Below are positions 52,460-64,000 of a stretch of 64,000 nt of DNA, one piece after another. Origin of the DNA: Octopus vulgaris (lineage: Eukaryota); NCBI GenBank assembly GCA_951406725.2, contig OX597821.1, forward strand, positions 54,064,001 to 54,128,000, read 5' to 3'. Position numbers and translations under genes: made by a program. The first letter of the stretch is position 1; the number at the start of each line of letters is the position of its first letter. The notes beneath the pieces were generated by a model. The model was given only the letters and a program-made list of their open reading frames with translations, searched no databases and had not been told where the DNA came from.

Positions 52460-52540
52460 CGGCTTAAGGTTTTAAGGTTATGCTTTAAGGTTATGGTGTA
52501 AGTTTAAGGTTAGGATATAAAGTTAGGGTTTAGGTTAAAT
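52460..52540. repeat. Degenerate TTAGGG-like tract
   Basis: ttaaggttttaaggttatg..ttaaggttagg..gttagggtttaggtta; probably the interior of an old non-autonomous element. Confidence 0.5.
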
Positions 52541-53067
52541 GAAGAACTGTTTGTGTAGATAGTATCAGAAGCAATATTGACAAAGTAAACTAAGATGAAG
52601 AAATGTGGGTGTGTGTGTTTGTCTTTTATTGTTGACGTTTTTTTTTGTTTTTTTTTTGTCTTTCATTCAGTATCACTTCTACCTCTATTTTATTATTTCC
52701 CTGGGGAATTTACGACCAGTCTCTTTAGTTCATCTGGTTTAATGTTTTAGAATTATTTCTCATTCTGGTTTAAGAAAAGAAGTTAGAAAAACATTAGTTA
52801 GGTTTCCAGAAATGTATTGTGGGAAGATTTTTGCAAACTGTAGTTTCTAAATCTGTGGGTGCACCATTGAATAGTGACTGGAAAGTACTGTCCAGTGCAT
52901 CTGCTTAGCAATTGACATGGCATTGTTGATTCTCCATAAAGAAAAAATGCAAAGAAATTACTTAGGTCAATGTTTTGAAGAGGAAAAGAGTAACTTTCCA
53001 GATCCATTATCTCGTAAATCATGTCTTAGACTGTTTTTATGCATGCAGACATGAATGCATGTTGGCA

Positions 53068-53176
53068 TGTGTATGTGTCTGTGTATGTGTCTGTGTATGT
53101 CTCTGTGTGTATGTATGTATGTATGTATGTATGTATGTATGTACATACGTACATATGTATGCATGTATGTACGTAC

Positions 53177-53207
<31 letters not shown>

Positions 53208-53245
53208 TGTATGTATGTATGTATGTATGTATGTATGTGTGTGTG
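53068..53245. repeat. (TATG)n microsatellite
   Basis: Direct read. Confidence 0.95.
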
Positions 53246-53608
53246 TTTGTATAAACTACCACATCAACTCTTGACAGATATATTAACTATGGGTGCAATA
53301 ATTTTTCTTCTTCACCACAGCACCTTAAATGAATAATTATGGATATTATGTGCATCCATATTGTAAATTACAATAAAAATGGCTACCAAAGAGCTAAAAT
53401 CACACTGGCTCAATGAAATAAGGAGAATTTAGTAAACTATGCTGTATATAAAAATATGTCTTTGTTGTTGCTGTTAATCCAGAAATCAACCCTGGTTGAA
53501 AATATATGTGATCAAAAATGTTCCAACGATATCAATGTTGGAATATTCTGTTTAAATTGTTGTATCTCCATTATATGACTTTTAGCCCCAGGTCAAACCT
53601 GATTGATA

Positions 53609-55041
53609 TAAGAGTGAGCCATAAAGTTCATAGGCTTACTATGAAGGAGTGATGCTAGAGCTTTGAAATTTTGCATGCATTAATTTCATCTCTCTTTAGT
53701 AATAACTGTATTGTTTCTTTCCAGGTGAAATGACATGACTGTTTAAAGTAAACTGCAAAGGTAACTAGAAGCAAATTCTCTTGAAAATGGACAAAATTTG
53801 GCATCACAGTGTTATCACATACTGGCAGAAAAAGGACATTTATGTTAACAAGGTTACTACATCAGAGGATGACACTCCAGCTTTATCAAAATTGCAAAAG
53901 TGGGCAGCACCACATGGTAGCGGATGACAGGTGGTTGACTATAAATCAAATAACCAGTACTATTAGCATATCCCGTGAGTAATTTGAGAATATTCAGCAC
54001 AGTGAAATTAGCATGTTAAAGGTTTCTGCACAGTGAGTGCCATGTCCTCTGATACCTAATCAAAAGCACACCAAGCTGATCACCTCATGAGGAAAATCTG
54101 ACATTGTCTGATGCAGATCCAGCTGGTTTCCTTGAATGCTTCCCAAGCCAAGATGAGTGATGTTATTAACATTTTGAGTCAGAGACAAAGAGACAATCCA
54201 TGCAGTGGAAACTCCCCTTCTTTACTTGCCCCAAAGAAGGCCAAGTTTGTTTCATCTACAAGGAAGGAGTTCCCTTCAGTTTTTTGAAAAGTAAAAAGGA
54301 TTGTGTTTATTAACTATCTTCAAAAGGGCCACACTATCCACAGTGTATTATGCCAACTTGCTGAGACAGTTACAAAAGGCTATCAAGACCAGATGTCCAG
54401 GAGAACTAACAAAAGGGGTTTTGTTTCATCAGGACAATGCTCCAGCACACAAGCCCTTGGTTTCAATGGCTGCTGTGTGTGACTGTGCCCTTGACCTAGT
54501 TGATCCACACATACACACACACATACTCACTATTCTTATTTCTTTACTGCCCACAAGGGGCTACACACAGAGGGGACAAAGAAGGACAGACAAACGGATT
54601 AAGTCGATTATATCGACCCCAGTGTGTAACTGGTTTTTATTTTATCAACCCTGAAAGGATGAAAGACAAAGTCGACCTTGGCAGAATTTGAACTCAGAAC
54701 GTAGTGGCAGATGAAATACCGCTATGCATTTCACCCTGTATGCTAACGTTTCTGCCAGCTTGCTGCCTTACATACACACTAGTCTCTTGATTTGGCCCCA
54801 TCTAACTATTATTTGTTCTGCAATATGAGAAAATACTTGGCTGGAAATTAGTTTCACAGTAATTATGATGTCATATGTGCTGTTGATGACTTTTTTTGAC
54901 CAAGAGGATGTACTTTGGTTCCAAGTACTACAACACTAATGGAAGAAGTGCCTGGATCAGATAGGCGTCTATGTTGGAAAAAAAAACTCATTTGGTCACA
55001 GAGTCTTCTGCTCAGCCTATGAACTTTTCAGTTGACTCTCA
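53609..55041 (+). mobile_element. Mariner (DD34D-type) transposon, pseudogenised
   Basis: TIR cores aaagttcataggct / agcctatgaactttt; relics SETKRQSMQWK, GVLFHQDNAPAHK and SLDLAPSNYYLF. Confidence 0.88.
54533..54769 (-). mobile_element. Family C tRNA-like SINE, full length with TSD
   Basis: Head aaggcagcaagctggcagaaacgttagc..gttctgagttcaaattc; central gtcgactttgtctttcatcctttcagggttgataaaat; 12-bp TSD acatactcacta / acatacacacta. Nested in the mariner. Confidence 0.9.
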
Positions 55042-55927
55042 TAAAGACATTCCAGCTGCAACTGTCTCATCATTCTTCAAGCACTGTAAACCCCAGACCA
55101 TCAGGGATTTTGCAGAATATTTAGAGCTTCAAATAGAATATCCTCCCCTATTCATTCTGACTCTCTGAACACTAAGTTTAAATCATATTAAAGTCAATTT
55201 TGATTACCAACCTCTCAAAGTTAGTAAATAAAATAGTCCAATCCTGGGGTCACTTTCTCTACCCTTTCTCTCTCTCTCTCCTTCTCTCCATTCTCTCTTT
55301 CCCCCTCTCCCCTCTCTATTATATCTCCCCCTCTCCCTCTCTTGCATCTCTCTCACTCTCTCTCTCACACACACACAGTCATCTCTATCTGGATTGTAAT
55401 TCAAAGTTCCAGTGTCGTCACTACATCACAGATTTGGCCTGAATGTCAAAGTCAAAGGTATTCATGTCTATGGAATACTCAGTCACTTAAACATTAATTT
55501 CACAAGTAAGAATTCAGCTGCTCAAACAAGTGAGTGCTCATTTTGGGTTCCAGTGGTTAATATTCTGTTTCACTGAATGCACTTTGTTTTTTCCCATGGC
55601 AAAGTAAAATTGACGAAAGACTTGGCTGCTGTTCAATTTAGGTTGGTGTGGGATTGGGCCCAAAATTATTATCTGTCAGAAGAGCATAGTTCATAGAGGC
55701 CCATTATGACTGGCAATTATTTTGTTGGCATTAATTGCTGTTACTCTAATATATACTTTCATATTTGTATAATTTTATAGTAAAGGATTTTAAATGAGTT
55801 CCTCTGTTGAAATTTAAATGTTCACATGTCAGGACTCTGATATTCAAACAGGATTCATATGTTGGGACCCAAATATATGAACTGAATTCACGTGATTTGA
55901 ACCATGGTAGAATTATTTAACACAATC

Positions 55928-55969
<42 letters not shown>

Positions 55970-55996
55970 TAATTTCTATTTTATTTTTATTTTTAA

Positions 55997-56215
55997 TCCT
56001 TTAGAATTCATTTCACACTGTCAAATGTAATGCTTCTTTATTCACATGGTTTTGAATTAATCTTGCAATATTTTGTAGCTTCGAGATTTCAGTGATGTGA
56101 TTACTTATTTTCAGAATGATATTGTAGAGAAGCGTTAGAGGTTAAACCTGTCCAGTTTGAACATAAAATTGCTAGAATATTTGGGTTGGATATGATCAGT
56201 TTAAATGCTAAAGTG
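55997..56215. mobile_element. piggyBac-type MITE (family D, copy 3)
   Basis: ttaa|tcctttagaatt ... aatgctaaagtg|ttaa. Confidence 0.75.
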
Positions 56216-56507
56216 TTAATGGTAACCTATTCAATAACAGCTTCTTATTTGGGCACAAAGTCATCACTTTTCATGGAAGTGAGTTACTTGATTACATCAA
56301 ACTCAGTACTAGACTAGAGCTTTGTAAATATCAATCCCAGAAGCATAATGGTAATGTTGATTCCAGTGGTGTTTTAACTCAGAAGATAGAATTGGAAGAT
56401 ATGCCATGAAACATTTTAACTGATGCTCTAACAATCGCCAGCTCACTGTCTTACTGATCTGATCATATGATAGGATAATAAGGCTGTTTTAGTAATTATA
56501 TATCTTA

Positions 56508-56904
56508 CTAGCAGTATCGCCCGGCGTTGCTCGGGTTTGTAAGGGAAATAACTATATAAGCATTTTTAGAGAGTTATAGCCAAAAAATAGCAAAAAAATG
56601 CATTAAAAATGGAAAAAAAATGATGGTAATTTTTTTTTTAAATCGTAGACTCATCGTAGACATTTTTAGAGAGTTACTTCCCTTATATAATAGCGAAAAA
56701 ATACATTAAAATGGAAAAAAATTATGGTAAATTTTTTTTTAATTGTAGACTCATCGTAGACGTGCGCTAATTCCCAGAAGGGCTCGATATGAATCACGAC
56801 TATAAGATACCCGCTTTTGGTTAAACTGCACCGCAAAATGTGGGAGTAGTTAGGAATCTAAATCATAGGAGACAGACACACAACTTGACTTTTATATATA
56901 AAGA
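56508..56904 (-). mobile_element. Non-autonomous Helitron
   Basis: Minus strand: A|TCTTTATATATAAAAG 5' end, subterminal hairpin cccgagcaacgccggg, 3' CTAG|T; A-T insertion site with no TSD; internal approx. 100-bp tandem duplication (56561-56761). Confidence 0.88.
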
Positions 56905-57610
56905 TTTAATCATCTAATAATAATAATGTGCTGAGCAGGCAGAGTTGTTACCAAGCCCAACAAAATGATTTGCAGTATTTCTTCTGGGTTTACTTTCTGA
57001 GTTCAAAATCCATTGAGGTTGACTTTGCTTTTCATCCTTTTGGGGTTGATAAGATAAGTACCAGTTGAGCACTGGGGTTGATGTAGTCAACTTGCTTCCT
57101 TCCCCAAAATTGTTGGCCTTGTGCCTAGACTAGAAAGAATTTTTATCTAATAGTAATAATTATAAAGATTTTGAAGTTGTACTTATTTATCAGCTGACTT
57201 CCACTGGATACTGTAGATTTTTGTCAGTGACCCAATCACAGGAAAGCAGCAAGTTTTTGACATTTAAGTAATTTATGTAAATTTAATGTAACAGCTGATG
57301 TGTGTTTTTAAATGATTAACATGATTCTACATTGATGTAATTATGCTCTTGAATAAGTACCAAAAAAATTTTTTTTCCTGACATTGCTTTAGTGATATTT
57401 TATGTAAATGTATGAAAAAGATAACTTTGGTGAAAATAATTAGATATTACATAAACATCTAGATTCTTTAATAACTATTAGAAATTCAAAAGATAATAAT
57501 TATGTGGTTAATTGGATGTCTTCTAAATTACATTTATTTCACTATTTATAAAAGTATCCTTTCAAATTTCAAGCATTTTTTTTTTAAGATATGAAAATTA
57601 CGTCATATAA

Positions 57611-58016
57611 TCTTACTCTTTACTTGTTTCAGTCATTTGACTGCGGCCATGCTGGAGCACCACCTTTTAATCGAGCAACTCGACCCCGGGACTTATTCTT
57701 TTGTAAGCCCAGTACTTATTCTATCGGTCTCTTTTGCCGAACCGCTAAGTAACGGGGACATAAACACACCAGCATCGGTTCTCAAGCAATGCTAGGGAGA
57801 CAAACACAGACACACAAACACACACATGCATATATATGTATATATACATATATACGACGGGCTTCTTTCAGTTTCCCTCTACCAAATCCACTCACAAGGC
57901 TCTGGTCGGCTAGAGGCTATAGTAGAAGACACTTGCCCAAGGTGCCATGCAGTGGGACTAAACCCAGAACCATGTGGCTAGTAAACAAGCTACTTACCAC
58001 ACAGCCACTCCTGCGC
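57611..58016 (-). mobile_element. Family A CORE-type SINE, full length, young
   Basis: Complete reverse-complement copy with CpGs preserved. Confidence 0.92.
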
Positions 58017-58254
58017 ATATGAGATAAAAATTATTAAAAATATTGTTTATCAATATATTTAATGACATGTAGGGCCTACAGCTGGTAAAATAATAACCCT
58101 TCTACAGAGCCTGAAATTTTTGGGGAATGTGTCAATTGATTACTTCAAATGTAGTGCTTCACCAGTACTTACTTTATTGACCCTGAAAGGGTGGAAAGGC
58201 AAAAATCAGTAGTTGATAAAATCATAGATCTAGTGTAATCGATCTATGGTGATC

Positions 58255-60025
58255 TGGTCAAGGATGTAATATTACACTTTTCTGGTGTGCTAAAAGAGGA
58301 CCTGTCATTGTTGAAACATTGCTTGAATTGACCCTCTGTAGCTCCAAAATACTTCCATGCCTGTGCCCTTGTACTTGTGGTATTCCAACTGTTGTTGTTG
58401 CTGTTATTATTGTTGCCATTGTGGTTGTTACTACCAGATGCATTGCTGGTGCAGCTGTTGCTGTTGATGTTGCTGCTGGTATCATTCCCATTGTTGTTGT
58501 TAATATTGTACTCAATATTGGTGCTATAGTTGTTGCTATTGCTGTTGAGCGAATGGTCTTTGTCCCAGAGCTCGTAAGATGGGAGAAGTCCAAAACTTGG
58601 TCCTTTGCTATTCGTAAGACCCGCAGAAGAGAAAGCAGGTCAACCCCCGACACCGAGAACATCGACAGATGAATGAATGCGCATCCAGGCTCAGCGGTTG
58701 CATAGGAAGTCAGGGACAAGAAACAGGAAGAAAGTGTGAGAGAAAGTACAACAGGGCTCGTCCCCCCCCCCCTTCTTGCCGGAGCCTTGTGGAGCTTTAG
58801 GTGTTTTCGCTCAATAAACACACACAACGCCCAGTCTTAGAATCAAAACCGCGATCCTCTGACTGCGAGTCCGCTGCCCTAACCACTGGGCCATTGCGCC
58901 TCCACAGTTGTTGCTGTTGGTATCATTGCTGTTGTTGTTGTTAATGTTGTACATAATGTTGGTGTTATTGTTGTTGCTGTTGTTGCCTCCATCTCTGCCA
59001 CTGCTGCAACTGTTGGATGCATTGTTGGTGCTGTTGTAGCCATTGCTGCCATTGTAGCTTCTACTGACATACTACTGGGGTTGCTGCCTGCCTGCCACCA
59101 CTGCTGTTGCAATTGCTACTTCTGTTGTTGTTACCGGTGGATGTGTTTTTGGTGCTGTTGTTGTTGCTGTTGCCAGTGCTGCTATTACTGCTGGACACCA
59201 CCTCAGCCTCATAGACCATGACTTTGGAAATGTATTACCCCTCCCCCACTGGGCACTCATTGCTAACACTGCATGAGAATCCTACCTCTACATGGAATTT
59301 AGATGTGTTCACTAATATTTCCTTTTTAATGCTGGGTTCACAGCTAAAATGAGACCCTTAAGTGATGCCTATCAAACAAACACCTATATTTATTTGACTA
59401 TGTGAAGTGTTTGTCCATTAATCTAAGGAATATCCTCCCTGTGCAAGTCTTGATGTTGAGTTTTGAGAATGGGGTAAACCAAACGACCCTACAGTGGGGC
59501 TTCTTTTTGTGGTTATTAGGAGCTGGCATATAGGTGATGCAGTCCTTAAACCCACTGGCCATTAAAGCTATCTTGTGACAGGGATCTGTGGCATCAAAAA
59601 ACTCTTTACTCAAGGAAAGATTCAAAATTCTCTTATTGACATTTTTCAGTAGGTTCTTGAACTTGATAGCTAAGTGATAAGAGACTGTGCTAATGTATGC
59701 CATTAGCACATTTCTTCATTTTGTTTTGTTCTGAACAGGTACTCAGGTGTAGCTAAATATTTAAGAAGTTAACAATGGTAAGACAGGTCCCAATTTTAAT
59801 CTTAAGACCAGGCGAGTTAAAGATTCTAATTATGTCCTTCCTACGCCTATCCAGGGTATGCCCAATAGCACCTCTAGTGATGGCTAAAGTGTCACCTCTG
59901 TATAGACCAAAAAGAATTGATGGCAACCTCCTCTTTAAGGTGTCTAATAAATTAAACTCTGAGGTTGGAGATATCTAGGTTGCTGAATGTTCCCATCACC
60001 ACATCAAGGAGCCTACAGGGCCAAT
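58255..60025 (-). mobile_element. Penelope-like element fragment (RT C-terminus, linker, GIY-YIG), pseudogenised
   Basis: Minus strand: FGLYRGDTLA (GLYRDDGL-like), VNFLNI, KRILNLS..ALMASGF..VVWFTPFSKLNIKT.TGRIFLRLMDKHF..LRVSF, an N/S-rich linker, then KYFGATEGQFKQCFNNDRSSF..TSL. Confidence 0.85.
58545..58904 (-). mobile_element. tRNA-derived SINE with (CAA)n-type tail, nested in the PLE
   Basis: Minus head ggaggcgcaatggcccagtggttagggcagcggactcgcagtcagaggatcgcggttttgattc (A and B boxes); GC-rich body; ends in the caacagcaa tract. Confidence 0.85.
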
Positions 60026-60085
60026 CTGTTTGATATATATATCAATACATACATACATATATACATACAATACATACACACATTA

Positions 60086-60250
60086 TCATTATCATCATTT
60101 AACATCCATTTTCCATGCTGGCATGGACTGGATGGTTTGCCAGCAGCTGGCTATTAAGAAGACTGCACCAAGCTACACTGTCTGTTTTGGTTTGGATTTT
60201 ACAGCTGCCAGCCACTTTACAGAGCGAACTGAGTGCTTTTTACATGGCAT
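60086..60250 (-). mobile_element. RTE-tailed repeat (family B)
   Basis: atcatcatttaacatccattttccatgctggcatgg..gtgcttttttacatggca. Confidence 0.75.
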
Positions 60251-60289
60251 ATACATATACATGTACATATAATAACAAATAGATGGAAG

Positions 60290-60444
60290 AACAGACAGAC
60301 GTAAGCAGGCAGACAGACAGGCAGGCATACAGGCAGGCAGACAGGTAGACAGGCAGATAGGTAGGTAGATAGATGGATGGATAGATAGAAGGACATATAG
60401 ATAGACAGATAGATCGATAGATAGATAGATAGATAGATAGATAT

Positions 60445-60488
<44 letters not shown>

Positions 60489-60491
60489 ATT

Positions 60492-60569
<78 letters not shown>

Positions 60570-60573
60570 AATT

Positions 60574-60663
<90 letters not shown>

Positions 60664-60677
60664 CAGATAATAGATAG
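60290..60677. repeat. (GACA/GGCA)-(GATA)n microsatellite
   Basis: Direct read. Confidence 0.95.
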
Positions 60678-61291
60678 AACAACATGAAGCTCGGGAGACA
60701 AAATTATGTTTCCTATTATTAGTCAGGATAATATTGCCTTTATGTAAACTAAATTTGTTTATAGATCATAATATATTGAATTCACATATTTTTTCTTTCT
60801 TGAGTTATGAATTTATTAATATCAAAGTGTTATTTCCATCATAAATCTTTAACCTATTTAAAGCATATACTAACAAATGCCATGAAAATGTAATATATGC
60901 AAAATGACATTGGTTTTATTTGCTATAAACTTGCATAAAGACATTAATTTGAAATGCCATGCTTAATATGGTCAATACATCTCTCACAAAATTTTTTTTA
61001 TATTTCTCTCTCTCTCTGTATATATATATATGTGTGTGTGTATGTATATGTATATGTATGTGTATATATACTTGTATGTTTATATATATACATAGATATA
61101 TATGTTACATGTATGTTTGTGAATATATGTGTGTGTATATATATATATATATATGTGTGTGTAATTATATATACATACATACATAACTATATATATGTAG
61201 TTATATATGTATATATATATGTGCATATATATAGATTTATAGATATATGCATATACATAGATACACACATACACACACATGCACACACACT

Positions 61292-61322
<31 letters not shown>

Positions 61323-61657
61323 GCAGCAGAATGTTTTAACATAGCATTTCAGTCCAAATCTTTTTGCCAAACTTATACAGTGCTAGAATATTATAGAAGA
61401 ATTATGTAAAACAACAGAATAGCTTTAAAGAGATTAAACAACAAAAAAATCAGTTGTGAATCAATGTATACCATTGTATATCTCTAGTTAGTTGTCTCTG
61501 TATGTATATATGACTGGATTTGAGTATGTATGAATTTCTTTCTCAGTGTGCCTGTCTGTATATTCTTGTAACTTCTACAAAAGGGGATGTTTCTTTTTCT
61601 ATTTCCTAATACATTCACATATGTTTGAAGTAGAGGTTGGGTTCTCTAGATCTAACT

Positions 61658-61986
61658 CAGTGGTTATCAACGATTTTTTACCTATGGACCACCTTTGATT
61701 ACTATTATATTCTGGTGGACCCCATAGTCATTCGATGTTTAAAACTATTTTTATAACTACTTTTGTTCCAAATTCTTATTTTGATTTTCACATGTGAACT
61801 TGTGTAGGTTGAACTATGTAGAAGTAACCTAGCTGTTTCTTCCAATAAATGCATTTAAACCAATAATTTCTCATGAACCCTTAATATACTACTGTGGATC
61901 CATAACTCACTATTCTGCTTGTGTGGAGCCCCAAAAATCTTATAAAGACCTCCTGGGGTCATGTGGACCCCGGTCAAGAATCACTG
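61658..61986. mobile_element. hAT (Charlie/MER5-like) MITE
   Basis: TIRs cagtggttatcaac / gtcaagaatcactg; 8-bp TSD atctaact / atctaaat; repeated tggaccc subterminal motifs. Confidence 0.85.
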
Positions 61987-63264
61987 ATCTAAATGATGGC
62001 TGAATATACCCTTACTCTTTGGAAGAGATAAATTAGCATCTTATAATGATACACCAGCAATGGTGGGTCATCAGTGTCGATGGCACCAGCAGCAGCAGCA
62101 GGGCCATCATCATTTAATGTCAATTTCTATGATAGTATGAGCTGGATGGTTTAACAGGATCCAACAGGTTAGAAGACTATGTCTTGCTCCACCTCTCTCG
62201 GTTTTGGGCTGGATATCCTTCCTAACACTGACTGGTTAACAGAATGAATACACTCTGTTCTTTTCATGGTGCCAGCACTATAAAGAAGATTGTTTTGCCA
62301 TCAGTGTCTCAAGCTCTGTAGGGTCACTATTTGAATCAATTACTCACCACATACAGAGTGTAATGTGTGTCCTTTCATAGCACCAACGTTAGTCAGGTTG
62401 CCTTGAAGCACAATAGGGTAAAAAAAAAAGAACCCTCTACAATGGATAGAACAGACCTACTGTTAGGAGAGGATAGCAGTGAAGAGAATAGAAGAGGGAA
62501 CAGTGTTGAGGTTGGAGTAATGGAAGAGTGGCAGGAAGAGGGAAGACAAAGAGTAGTATCAGGGTTTGTGAGAGAGAGTGGGAGGTCAATGTAGTAATGG
62601 GATCGGATGGGTTGAGTATGTGAATACAAATAGAATGTGACAGTTCACTTGCCAAAACTGCATGGTCTGAACAGTTTGAGCAGCTCAAAGGCAGTTCTTA
62701 TTAGAGTTACACTGGTATAGTGAGAGAGTAAGTGTGAGAGCATGACATGGTAGGGGAAAGACTAATGGACACGATTTTAGAAAAAGGCAAAGGGAAAAAC
62801 TGAAATGTAGTGTCTGGGGATTAGTGAGAGAGAATTAAAGAATGATAGGATGGTGGAAAGAATTGAGTAGAAGGAGATGCAATGCTATTCCATGATGAAT
62901 ATGGATGGATAATATGGAGTGTGAAGGAAAGATAAGATGATGATAACAGCACTTAAGGTAACATCACCAAGAGAGCATAGTGAGAGGAAAATCAGTGAAG
63001 GGATGTAGAGTTTGCTAGAGTCCAGTCCCTCCTTACCAAGAATTATCAAACTTAAATTAATCATAAGCAAAATAAATAAATAAATAAATAAATAAATAAA
63101 ATGTGACAGTTATCTCCACACATGCATCACATCAGGGTTAGAGGATAAACAGGTGAGCTATACTTTATGAATTCTTCCAAACTGCATATATTGATAGCAA
63201 ACAATAATGTCTTAATTATCAAATTCAGCAGTTTTAATGAACACTTGTCCAATATCTATCGATT

Positions 63265-63990
63265 AAACATGATGGCTTTCCTTGAGCACATGATGCCTAT
63301 GAGTACTAAGAAAGAAATATTAATGGATCAAGTTGCTGGATTTTTATGATGAAAATGATTTCATCAAGTACAACACAAACTTCAGGAAACCTCTCAGTCA
63401 CCTGATCGCTTACTAATCCCATGAGTACACAAGCCAGGTAAATTTTATTGTCACCAGAAAGCAGGTTAGAGGGTGACTGAATGCCCAGTCCTTCCCAGTG
63501 AAGACTGTATTTCCCAACATAGGTTAGTTGTTAGTGAGTTCAAAATAAGGGCTGTGCTGACTTGGAAGCAAAAGATAATTTGGAGGAAGAAAGACTTGGA
63601 AGTTGAAAGAGTCTACTATTGGTCAGAGATTCAGAAAGAAATTAATTGATACTTACAACAGTTGGGAGGAATGAGATTTATAACACTGAGTAAAATTCTT
63701 TACTGAACAATCTACTAGGACCTAATGGAAAAGGTAAGAAAGAAGTTTACGCACATCCTGCAACATGGGAATCAGAAATATGGAGAGTTCTGCACTGCTA
63801 AACTGTATCCTAGAGAAAAGTGAAATGTAAGAGGATGTGTATACAGAATGATAGCAGTACACTTACTCTCATTGACGTTGATAAGAAAGAGGTATGGAAG
63901 TGCTACTGTGAGAGGCTGCTGGATGTAGAAAATGCATGGAAGAAAGGAGCTATACCTCATGTTAACCCAGCAGAGGAACCTACCTATTTC
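63265..63990 (+). mobile_element. RTE LINE APE-endonuclease region, degraded
   Basis: NTNFRKPLSHLIAY*S..SQVNFIV..EDCISQHRLVVSEF and CYCERLLDVENAW match RTE APE and linker motifs. Confidence 0.8.
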
Positions 63991-64000
63991 TTTATTACCC

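Noticed and set aside
58258-58827. 189-aa Thr/Ala-rich mucin-like ORF
   Set aside because: Starts inside a SINE and is an off-frame reading of the Penelope linker; the frame with the endonuclease motif is a different one.
58830-58904. tRNA gene
   Set aside because: tRNA-like head continues into a SINE body; T-loop altered and no complete acceptor stem.

Overview
AT-rich eukaryotic non-coding DNA. The SINE families and extreme microsatellite load resemble an octopod (Octopus-like) genome; this is inferred from pattern recognition, not a database search. I found no convincing host protein-coding exon, and most ORFs in the track are microsatellite artefacts or transposon debris. The window is a layered transposon graveyard: (i) at least 4 SINE families (a tRNA-headed CORE-type SINE, a second tRNA-like SINE, an RTE-tailed repeat ending in (ATG)n, and a (CAA)n-tailed tRNA SINE); (ii) RTE, CR1/L2-type and R4/Dong-type LINE fragments; (iii) an RT-deleted Gypsy LTR element with both LTRs; (iv) several Tc1/mariner relics, piggyBac/hAT/pogo-type MITEs and a non-autonomous Helitron; (v) several Penelope-like (PLE) remnants. 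The most interesting observations are a full-length U6 snRNA copy fused to a SINE 3' tail and nested in an R4/Dong LINE; two long fold-back hairpins whose turning points carry hammerhead-ribozyme core fragments, plus two further hammerhead relics; a tandemly repeated H-type pseudoknot motif in the RTE-tailed repeats; an array of PBS-like units in the LTR element; and a long Asn/Ser linker inside a Penelope ORF.
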